The notes under the pieces were generated by a model. It saw only the letters and a program-made list of their open reading frames with translations. It did no database searches and was not told the origin of the DNA. Both the position numbers and the translations under genes were made by a program. Below, piece by piece: positions 8,874 through 16,786 of a stretch of 54,836 nt of DNA. The DNA is from a virus (lineage: Duplodnaviria > Caudoviricetes), in the IMG/VR virus record IMGVR_UViG_3300033747_000027, positions 1-54,836 of that record. One strand, written 5' to 3'. How positions within the stretch are numbered: the first letter of the stretch is position 1; every line of letters begins with the position of its first letter.

Positions 8874-9425
8874 ATGGAAAACGTACGTAACGAAATTAAA
8901 AAAGTAAGCCTCAAGAATGAGAGGCTTGATGTCACCTTCTCGCAAGAGTTTTTGGAAGATAACTATTCCGATGAAGTCACCAGAAAATGCAGCCAAATAG
9001 TGCATGCTGACTTTAAAGCGGCACTAGACACGCTTAAAAAGCACCTTGTAATAATCTGTGAGCAGCCAGAGGCTAACGATATTCTTGATGCTGGAGTCGA
9101 TAACTACGATGTCGAAAAGCTGGATAATTATGTTGTTACAGGTTATTCAACCGGCGGATCTGATGAAGATGCCGGAGTTACTATCATCGGACAAAAGCTC
9201 CTTAAATCCGGCAAAGTAGTAAATATCAATGCTCCATTCACTAAATATGAGGACTTTGACACATACAAACACGGAACTGAATTGAGTGGGGATATTTATT
9301 CCTGTAACAATGAAGTTGTCGAATATCTTTTCAAAGGGAAATGGGGAATTAAACAGCAGGAGTTTGACTTTGACGTTCCCGATGAAGCCATGACCGAAAC
9401 GACTTCAGATACAGAAGCTGCCTAA
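8874..9425 (+). CDS. Hypothetical phage protein, acidic C-terminus
   Basis: ORF in the operon; ends with QQEFDFD and an acidic tail. Confidence 0.7.
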   Translation: MENVRNEIKKVSLKNERLDVTFSQEFLEDNYSDEVTRKCSQIVHADFKAALDTLKKHLVIICEQPEANDILDAGVDNYDVEKLDNYVVTGYSTGGSDEDAGVTIIGQKLLKSGKVVNINAPFTKYEDFDTYKHGTELSGDIYSCNNEVVEYLFKGKWGIKQQEFDFDVPDEAMTETTSDTEAA

Positions 9426-9436
9426 ATCAAAAAATC

Positions 9437-11107
9437 ATGGATATTAAACTCGAATCAACAGGCAACTATACAGTCAGCTTTAATTATAAGCCAGGATTGG
9501 TTAATATGGTTAAACAGATTCCGGGAAGATCTTTCAATCCAAAAACTAAAAATTGGATTGTACCAAGAACTTCAAAACCTCACTTAGAGGCCATGGCAAA
9601 CCGGATAGTAAGCTTCGAGAGAGTAAGGTGGGTGAATGGTAGGGTCGTGGAGCAATTGCCAGGAAGGGATCTCAAGATTCCAGAAATGCCAAAACTGAAT
9701 ATTGACCATGGGCTTAAAATTGAGCCCTATCCTTATCAACTAGAAGGAATAGCCCGAGGACTTGAGTTAAAAAGGTTCATGAATACTGATGAACCAGGCT
9801 TGGGAAAGACTTTGCAGAGTATTGCAACGGTAAACATAGCAGATGCTTTCCCCTGCCTGGTTATTTGTCCAAGCTCTTTAAAGATAAACTGGGAACGCGA
9901 GTGGCATAAATTCACAGACAAAAAAGCGATGGTGCTGACAGATAAGGTCCGTGATAACTGGCCTTTCTTCTGGAAGACAGGATTACACCAAGTGTTTATC
10001 GTAAACTATGAAAGTTTGAAAAAATATTTCGTTAGTTATATCAAACCATCAAAGCGGTTCACCCTGCGCGATGTTGTGTTCAACGAGTCAGTAAAGCTAT
10101 TCAATTCTGTTGTTATCGATGAGAGCCATCGCTGCAAATCTACTTCCACCCAACAAGCGAAGTTTGTCAAAGGTATAACGAAAGACAAAGAGATGGTCAT
10201 CGAATTAACGGGCACCCCTGTTGTAAACAAACCTAAGGATCTAGTATCACAATTATCGATCTTAAACAAATTGGAAGAGTTTGGCGGATATAGATACTTC
10301 GTACAACGTTATTGCTCCGGGCCAAACGAGGCATCAAATCTCAAAGAGCTTAACGCTCTGCTTTGGCAAAAATGCTTCTTTCGCAGAGAAAAGTCAGCTG
10401 TATTGAAAGACCTCCCGGATAAGATCAGACAAGTGCTTACGAATGACATAACAAACCGAAGAGAATATAAGGAGGCTGAACGCGACCTTATTCAATACCT
10501 CAGGAAATATAAGGAGGCTGATGATGACAAAATCCAGAAAGCGCTCAAGGGTGAGGTTATGGTTCGAATTAACATCCTCCGTCAAATTTCTGCCAGAGGA
10601 AAGGTTAAAGCTGTTTCCGAATTCGTGAAGGACTTCATGGAAGAAGGACAAAAAATTGTACTATTCGCGTCACTACATGAGGTGGTTGATCAACTGAAGA
10701 GTATTTTCCCAAGTGCAGTATCTGTAACAGGCCGAGAGACATCAGAACAGAAGCAAATGGCTGTAGACGCATTTCAGCGCAATCCAAAAACAAATATCAT
10801 TATTTGCTCCATTCGTGCAGCCGGTGTTGGCTTAACTCTTACGGCTGCTTCAAACGTCGCTTTTGTTGAATTCCCTTGGACTTATGCCGACTGCTGTCAA
10901 TGTGAGGATAGATGTCATCGGATCGGCCAGAAAGATAGTGTTACCGCTTATTATTTCCTTGGAAAGAATACTATTGATGAAAAGGTCTACAAGATTATCC
11001 AGATAAAGAAAAACATTGCAAATGCTGTAATGGGAGCGACAGACAACATTGATGAAAACATTGTTGACATGGTCGCCAATATGTTTAATGACGAAATTGA
11101 GGAATAA
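9437..11107 (+). CDS. SNF2-family helicase with N-terminal HARP-like domain
   Basis: DEPGLGKT, DESH, LTGTP, GVGLTLTAA and QCEDRCHRIGQ motifs. Confidence 0.92.
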   Translation: MDIKLESTGNYTVSFNYKPGLVNMVKQIPGRSFNPKTKNWIVPRTSKPHLEAMANRIVSFERVRWVNGRVVEQLPGRDLKIPEMPKLNIDHGLKIEPYPYQLEGIARGLELKRFMNTDEPGLGKTLQSIATVNIADAFPCLVICPSSLKINWEREWHKFTDKKAMVLTDKVRDNWPFFWKTGLHQVFIVNYESLKKYFVSYIKPSKRFTLRDVVFNESVKLFNSVVIDESHRCKSTSTQQAKFVKGITKDKEMVIELTGTPVVNKPKDLVSQLSILNKLEEFGGYRYFVQRYCSGPNEASNLKELNALLWQKCFFRREKSAVLKDLPDKIRQVLTNDITNRREYKEAERDLIQYLRKYKEADDDKIQKALKGEVMVRINILRQISARGKVKAVSEFVKDFMEEGQKIVLFASLHEVVDQLKSIFPSAVSVTGRETSEQKQMAVDAFQRNPKTNIIICSIRAAGVGLTLTAASNVAFVEFPWTYADCCQCEDRCHRIGQKDSVTAYYFLGKNTIDEKVYKIIQIKKNIANAVMGATDNIDENIVDMVANMFNDEIEE

Positions 11108-11109
11108 AA

Positions 11110-11670
11110 ATGGATAAAAAACAAAACACAGATCATATTACTGTCTCCATCCACATGAAAGTAGATGGAAAACTCATGAATATGAAGGAAGTCACCTACG
11201 AACGTGGCCGTGAAACAGGTGGCTTTACCCTTGATAGTTTAGCGAGGCTGCTATTTATGTGGGAGCATAGATTTAGTTCAGGATCAACCTACCTAATGGA
11301 TGGGCTACTACAGGAAGCAGAAAAAAAGCTTCCCAAGGAGGATAACGAAACAGCCCAGTCCGTATTTGAAAAATACTGGATTAATTGGGAAAAGACAATG
11401 AATGAAGAATTTGAAAAACTAAATCAAGGCGATAATGAATCTGAATTTCCCTTATGGCCAGAAAAGAACGATTTTCTAATATTTGAGATTTGGCAGCTAC
11501 TACACAACTTCTCTCGTAATACAATGCCTGTGAAATATGGTTTCCTCTATTGGTTTCACAAATATATCATGCACTCTGACATCAATGAGTATTTATCCGA
11601 CTTAAACAATATACCCGACTTTATAAAAGAAATTGTGGATGAAAAAATCATAGATCAAAAAAAGAAATGA
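11110..11670 (+). CDS. Hypothetical protein
   Basis: ORF in the operon. Confidence 0.65.
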   Translation: MDKKQNTDHITVSIHMKVDGKLMNMKEVTYERGRETGGFTLDSLARLLFMWEHRFSSGSTYLMDGLLQEAEKKLPKEDNETAQSVFEKYWINWEKTMNEEFEKLNQGDNESEFPLWPEKNDFLIFEIWQLLHNFSRNTMPVKYGFLYWFHKYIMHSDINEYLSDLNNIPDFIKEIVDEKIIDQKKK

Positions 11671-12326
11671 AATCAATCTACATCAATATCCTCTCTTGGC
11701 TCTTATTTCATGCAAACCAGAAGCCGAGTCCAGAGTTCTACGAAATCAAAAACAGGATCCTGTCTAAGTATGGAAAGCACATCTGCTACGATGTTCAATT
11801 TATTGAAGGCAAAGAATGCTGGTCTTGTGGAGGTACCGGAATCCACAAACATTACAGCTGGTACGATGGAAAAGTAACAGACATTGATGCTTGCTGGAAC
11901 TGTAACGATGGATGGTATAAACTTCCCGTTTGGAATATCCTTTCCCGGGTTCAATTTGGAAAATACGACAGCTTTCATCAACCATGGAAACGAGTATATG
12001 AAAAGCCTGATATCACTAATCAAATCATTGAAGGCTACATCGAGAAAACTCCCGACAAATACAGTTCGTTTGCATTAACAATCCTCTTTCTGACCTATGA
12101 AAAAGGATATCTGAAACGATGGTATAAGTCGCAAGGATTAGGCTATTACAGCAGCTGGAAATCTCCGTCCAAATTCATTAATAACATCATTCACATCTTA
12201 AAGAAAAAAGGCGATGCTATCCCATTCATGGACAGGAGACGAAATATTGAGCGACGCCGGATTGAAAGGCAAATAAAGCACCCGAACTATTATCCGAATA
12301 CAGAAACAGATGACTTACCATTCTAA
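11667..12326 (+). CDS. Hypothetical protein with DnaJ-like Zn finger and DDLPF tail
   Basis: CWSCGGTG...CWNC; ends TETDDLPF. Confidence 0.65.
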   Translation: MKSIYINILSWLLFHANQKPSPEFYEIKNRILSKYGKHICYDVQFIEGKECWSCGGTGIHKHYSWYDGKVTDIDACWNCNDGWYKLPVWNILSRVQFGKYDSFHQPWKRVYEKPDITNQIIEGYIEKTPDKYSSFALTILFLTYEKGYLKRWYKSQGLGYYSSWKSPSKFINNIIHILKKKGDAIPFMDRRRNIERRRIERQIKHPNYYPNTETDDLPF

Positions 12327-12336
12327 AAATCAAATC

Positions 12337-12693
12337 ATGAGTAAAACAGTGAACACCGTGAACGTGGGTGATCAGATTTATCATCCAATAGTCGACGAAA
12401 TTGAAGAAATACCTATCTCTGAAATCAGAAAAACTTCTGAAGGTATATTGATTGGGACTAAAACGTATGGATTAAAAATTAATGACTCCTCATCTAATGC
12501 GGCAATATCCCGAGAGGTGAAATTCGAATCCTATAAGAGCGGGCGATACTTTTTGAATATAGAAGATGCTAAAAAGTACCAGAAACACCTCCAAGAAAGG
12601 CGTCTAAAATATCTGCAAGAAGAGGCAAATAAAGCTTTGCAAACATTGAACGAATTCACACTTAAATATTTTACAAATGAAAACAATCATTAA
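12337..12693 (+). CDS. Hypothetical protein
   Basis: ATG at 12337 after AAAATCAAATC. Confidence 0.65.
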   Translation: MSKTVNTVNVGDQIYHPIVDEIEEIPISEIRKTSEGILIGTKTYGLKINDSSSNAAISREVKFESYKSGRYFLNIEDAKKYQKHLQERRLKYLQEEANKALQTLNEFTLKYFTNENNH

Positions 12694-13153
12694 ATGTCCT
12701 AACTGTACAAAAGTGCAAGCAGTTAAACCCGGAATGGTTAACTGCTCAACATGTAATTTCCGTTTCAATACGGAGAGTCGACAACCTCTTAGAGCGCTTT
12801 CAATTCAACAGCCTTGGGCTTGGGCAATCCTTAACGGGTTGAAAGATATAGAAAACCGGAAATGGACAACAACATTCACTGGTCAAATACTCATCCATGC
12901 CGGCCAGAAATTCGACAATGAAGGCCTTAAGTTCATTAAAGATATGAATCCGGATATTGAGATCCCGACAGAAAAAGAGTTCAAAAAAATGATGGGTGGC
13001 ATTGTTGGCAAGGCTGTTATTACAGGATGCGTCGAAGAAAGCGATTCTCCCTGGTTTTTTGGTCCTTTTGGATTTACGCTGGCTAATGCTAAAGCGATCG
13101 ATCTGATTCCCTGCAAAGGACAGCTTAAATTTTTCACACCTAAAATCGACTAA
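12677..13153 (+). CDS. ASCH-domain protein with N-terminal Zn ribbon
   Basis: ALSIQQPWAWAILNGLKDIENR...ILIHAG; CPNC...CSTC. Confidence 0.88.
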   Translation: MKTIIKCPNCTKVQAVKPGMVNCSTCNFRFNTESRQPLRALSIQQPWAWAILNGLKDIENRKWTTTFTGQILIHAGQKFDNEGLKFIKDMNPDIEIPTEKEFKKMMGGIVGKAVITGCVEESDSPWFFGPFGFTLANAKAIDLIPCKGQLKFFTPKID

Positions 13154-13155
13154 CC

Positions 13156-13677
13156 ATGTGTGACGGAAATTTAGCTATGGCAAATGTGCTCGAATATGAT
13201 AATGACTATCTAGAATCAATATTTGAAAATAAACTAATGAAACGAAGTGAAATAATAGACAACTATAAAGCATTCTTCGGGCTTGAGGATATGCCCTTAG
13301 GAGAAAACGACAATCTAATGATTGCTTGGGCTGAAAACCTATTGGCTGATGTCAAAAAAGACAGAGGTGTAATGATCTTAGGTGACCACATGGACTACGA
13401 AGCATTAAAACGAACCATTGAAATACTCGACATCCAAAAAGAAGATGGAAAAGGAATTGCAATCGTTGGTAGTCGTCAGGTTTATTCGAAGGCCATTGAG
13501 TTGGCACAAGATGAAGCTCATAGAGCTTTTAAAGAATCCAAACCAGAAGTTATGGAATTGCTACCGCGATTGATTGAACCAACAGTTTATGACTTAGAAC
13601 GCCCAAGCAAACGTGAGAATAAAAACAAAAAAGGCCGTAACTCTCACCGCTATGGCCGCAGACCAAGTAAATTTTGA
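13156..13677 (+). CDS. Hypothetical protein
   Basis: ORF in the operon; basic C-terminus. Confidence 0.6.
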   Translation: MCDGNLAMANVLEYDNDYLESIFENKLMKRSEIIDNYKAFFGLEDMPLGENDNLMIAWAENLLADVKKDRGVMILGDHMDYEALKRTIEILDIQKEDGKGIAIVGSRQVYSKAIELAQDEAHRAFKESKPEVMELLPRLIEPTVYDLERPSKRENKNKKGRNSHRYGRRPSKF

Positions 13678-13680
13678 GCT

Positions 13681-14388
13681 ATGCCACTAAATAAATCAAA
13701 AGGAAACATGTACGAATGGATTACCCACACTTGGAATCCATTAGCTGGTGAATGTCCTCACAGATGTAGTTACTGCAGTACTAATAAATTAATGCGATAT
13801 CCAGCTATATTAGAAAAATACAGTGGAGATCCTCGCTTGTCCGGACACGAACTTCTATGCAGCCTGGGAGAGGGAAACTTTATATTTGTGGCTGCTCAAA
13901 ACGATCTGTTTGCTGAAGCTATTCCGGACACCATAATCAAGAGGATTCTAAACCATTGCCGGAAGTTTAATAACAAGTACCTATTCCAGACAAAAAACCC
14001 AAGAAGATTATTCGACTTCGAATTTGAGCTTGCCGGGCTTGATTTTGTCCTGTGTACTACCATTGAGACAAACCGATTCGATCCAGAAATAATGAATAAC
14101 TGCCCCGATCCAGAAATAAGAGCTGATATGATGAACGAGCTTTGGCATGAGTTCAGAGGGATTGAATTAAAAAACTATGTCACCATTGAACCGATAATGG
14201 ATTTTGATATGGAAGAAATGGTTGAAATGATTGAAACCTGTTTGCCAGAACAAGTAAACATCGGCGCGGACAGCGGAAACAATAACCTTCCTGAGCCATC
14301 AAAGGAGAAGATTCAGGCACTTACAAAGAGGCTTGAGGTATTCACTACTGTGAAACTGAAAAGTAACCTTAAAAGGATAATGGATTAA
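13681..14388 (+). CDS. DUF5131/Gp37Gp68 radical-SAM-like protein
   Basis: TWNPLAGECPHRCSYC (CxxxCxxC), DLF, QTKNP and EP motifs. Confidence 0.8.
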   Translation: MPLNKSKGNMYEWITHTWNPLAGECPHRCSYCSTNKLMRYPAILEKYSGDPRLSGHELLCSLGEGNFIFVAAQNDLFAEAIPDTIIKRILNHCRKFNNKYLFQTKNPRRLFDFEFELAGLDFVLCTTIETNRFDPEIMNNCPDPEIRADMMNELWHEFRGIELKNYVTIEPIMDFDMEEMVEMIETCLPEQVNIGADSGNNNLPEPSKEKIQALTKRLEVFTTVKLKSNLKRIMD

Positions 14389-14912
14389 TGCCACTACTAA
14401 ACGATTTTAGAGGGAATTACAGCCTTGGTTATTGCGAAGATACCATGCAAGCCAATGTTGAAAAATGGCTGTTGGATTATACTTTCTGGAGGTCAACGGA
14501 AGGGGGGTATTCCCGGGAGAAAGTTAACCCAAAAACATACAGAGAGGTGCATATTCCTGAAATCGGGCGACGATCGGATTTGATAGTATATTTTTCAAGT
14601 AGAAAAGTCTTCAATATTGAATGCAAATTGTTCAATGTCGAAGAAGTCGTTAAGCAGGCCAAAGATCATCTCTACTGGGCTGATTACTCATACATCTGTT
14701 TTCCTCACAATGTTTACATGCCAAACTATCAAAAAAAACAAATACTTGAGCACGGGATTGGTCTTCTGTATTGGATCCCTGAATTTGGATTGGTTGAATC
14801 TATCATGGCAGAGCATAATAAGAGTAAAAAAGACAAGCTGATACGCAAAAATGTACTTAGAAAGCTCAAAAAAATAGATATGCAAAATAGTCAACAACAC
14901 ATTAATTTTTAA
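14388..14912 (+). CDS. PD-(D/E)XK nuclease (MmcB-like)
   Basis: REV...RSDL...IECK...Q...ADYSY...GIGLL. Confidence 0.65.
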   Translation: MPLLNDFRGNYSLGYCEDTMQANVEKWLLDYTFWRSTEGGYSREKVNPKTYREVHIPEIGRRSDLIVYFSSRKVFNIECKLFNVEEVVKQAKDHLYWADYSYICFPHNVYMPNYQKKQILEHGIGLLYWIPEFGLVESIMAEHNKSKKDKLIRKNVLRKLKKIDMQNSQQHINF

Positions 14913-14915
14913 TTT

Positions 14916-15383
14916 ATGAAAGCAAGAAAATTTAATGAAGCCAATACAGTAATTGGTTTCGGACAAGATGAGTATCAAGGAATTCCAGCACGTAAGGAAA
15001 CACATCCTGAATTCAAAGGAATGGATGTATTTACCATGTGCTTTGAACTGGATGAAGAAGAGCGGAAACAAGTGGCAGAAACAGGCTGTATATGGCTTAA
15101 AAGGCTTCAGCCTAAAAACGTTGGATTTCACCCAATCGGTCCTGACGTATTGAAGCCAGAAAACTTTCAAAACGTTGATGAGGCCAACAAAGGAGAAGGA
15201 TTCGACCCTGAAACATTCGATATCAAAACGCTCGATTTGGATAAGGTTAATTACTTCTATAAAAGACAAGCAGCTGCCCATTTGGAACTCAAGCCAAAGG
15301 GGAAAAAAGAGGAGGATTACGATGCTATTCTCATGGAAGCTAAAGAAGCTGCAATGTCAGGAACTTCTAGCCCTGGATTTTAA
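14916..15383 (+). CDS. Hypothetical phage protein
   Basis: Last gene before the cassette array. Confidence 0.65.
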   Translation: MKARKFNEANTVIGFGQDEYQGIPARKETHPEFKGMDVFTMCFELDEEERKQVAETGCIWLKRLQPKNVGFHPIGPDVLKPENFQNVDEANKGEGFDPETFDIKTLDLDKVNYFYKRQAAAHLELKPKGKKEEDYDAILMEAKEAAMSGTSSPGF

Positions 15384-15441
15384 ATCTGACAGCGGTATAT
15401 TGTCGGTTTCCGATTGAACTTCCGGCTGATTTTATACGAGT

Positions 15442-15717
15442 AAATAACGTTGAGTGTTTGTGGAGTGCGTGAAATATCTACTACTGTTGATTAGAAAGAA
15501 TAACTTTAAAATACATAAGTAATGAGCGAATTTGAAAAAGAACATTTAGAACTTATACAAAGTAATTGCTTTTGGGCTGGTTACTTGATTGATTTACCGA
15601 AAGATGAAGCGTGGAGATTAGCTAATGGAATAGTGGATGAAATAAAGTTTGCAATACAGCAAGCGAATGGGGCTGAACAAAGCACCGACCAAGCATTACA
15701 TAAACATAGTGTTATGC
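15442..15717 (-). repeat. Giant attC-like site of the distal cassette
   Basis: TAACGTTGAGTGTTTGTGGAGTGC (15445-68) pairs with GCATTACATAAACATAGTGTTA (15693-714) using G.T pairs on the + strand. Confidence 0.7.
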
Positions 15718-15893
15718 CCTCGTTGCATCTTTTTAAAGAGCGTAGGGATAAATTGAACTTAACACTAAGACAAGTTGCTGAACAAACAAAAGTGAGTGCT
15801 GCCACTATAAGTAGAATTGAGAGAGGGGAGGGAGAATGTAGCTACCATAATGTAGTACAGTTAGATGATTATTATTGCCGCAACGGGGCATAA
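15522..15893 (+). CDS. XRE-type HTH protein (cassette-borne; reads through the GTTA core; TAA stop lies in the TAAC core)
   Basis: LTLRQVAEQTKVSAATISRIERG. Confidence 0.8.
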   Translation: MSEFEKEHLELIQSNCFWAGYLIDLPKDEAWRLANGIVDEIKFAIQQANGAEQSTDQALHKHSVMPSLHLFKERRDKLNLTLRQVAEQTKVSAATISRIERGEGECSYHNVVQLDDYYCRNGA

Positions 15894-16647
15894 CGAAAAA
15901 TGTATGTTTTGTAGCGTGAAATATGCACTACCGTTTATTCGAAGCACAAAATAAAAAACAGAAGGGAAGGAATTTTTAAATTTTAAATATATGACTTGTA
16001 TAGTAGGTTTAATTGATAACAAAAATAAAAGTGTTTTGATTGGTGGCGATTCAGCCGCTGTTTCTGATTCAAATATTTTTATAAGAAAAGATGCGAAAGT
16101 ATTTAAAAACTGTGATTTTGTGATTGGATGCACTTCTTCATTTAGAATGATTCAACTTCTAAGGTATTCATTTAAGCCACCAAAAGTTGAATCGAAAGAC
16201 GTTTATGAATATATGTGTACCGATTTTATAAATGCAGTTAGAGAATGCTTTAAAGAAGGTGGATATTTGCAAAAATATACCGATGGAGACGAAAGGGGAG
16301 GAACTTTTTTAGTTGGCTATAAGAATAGACTATTTAAGGTTGAAAATGATTTTCAAGTTGCTGAAAATATGAACGGTATTGATGCTTGCGGATGTGGTCA
16401 AGATTTTGCTCTTGGTGCTTTGTATTCATTAGTAAAACACAATATTTCGACAAATGATAAAATATTAAAAGCATTGGAAGCGGCTGAGTTTTTAGGCAAT
16501 GGTGTACGAAGACCATTTACGCTACTTGGAACTTAACAAAACGGTTTTGAAAAAACCGAAGTGCGCAGGGGTTTTTTATTTCCTCAATTACGCAGAAACG
16601 TTGATTAAATGAACGATACAGCTATAAAATATACATGGTGTTATACC
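15888..16647 (-). repeat. Giant attC-like site of the proximal cassette (loop contains the peptidase gene)
   Basis: TAACGAAAAATGTATGTTTTGTAGC (15891-915) pairs with GCTATAAAATATACATGGTGTTA (16621-43). Confidence 0.7.
15991..16536 (+). CDS. HslV/proteasome-beta-like Ntn peptidase
   Basis: N-terminal M-T-C-I-V-G (Thr nucleophile), GGDS, K at about position 36, GCG...ALGAL. Confidence 0.78.
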   Translation: MTCIVGLIDNKNKSVLIGGDSAAVSDSNIFIRKDAKVFKNCDFVIGCTSSFRMIQLLRYSFKPPKVESKDVYEYMCTDFINAVRECFKEGGYLQKYTDGDERGGTFLVGYKNRLFKVENDFQVAENMNGIDACGCGQDFALGALYSLVKHNISTNDKILKALEAAEFLGNGVRRPFTLLGT

Positions 16648-16728
16648 AACAAAACCTTTTTCGGTTTTGTGTGCGTTGCGCCATGTATTTAGCTTTCAAA
16701 TTTATTTACAATTGTTTTGGCGCAATGA

Positions 16729-16757
16729 GGTATAACGTGTGCGTATAAAAATCTAGC
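16729..16757 (-). other. attI-like recombination site 5' of the recombinase
   Basis: On the - strand it reads GCTAGATTTTTATACGCACAC-G|TTATACC; the flank is an imperfect inverted repeat of 15425-15438. Confidence 0.6.
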
Positions 16758-16786
16758 TTGAAAATCAATCATTTAAATCAAATATA

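Noticed and set aside
14688-15281. 197-aa antisense ORF and the other antisense or alternate-frame ORFs in the track
   Set aside because: They overlap better-supported genes and show no recognisable motifs.
15445-16736. CRISPR array or shufflon reading of the repeats
   Set aside because: There are no identical repeats with uniform spacers. The arms are imperfect with strand-biased G.T pairs and differ between units, which fits folded attC-like sites rather than dsDNA inversion sites.
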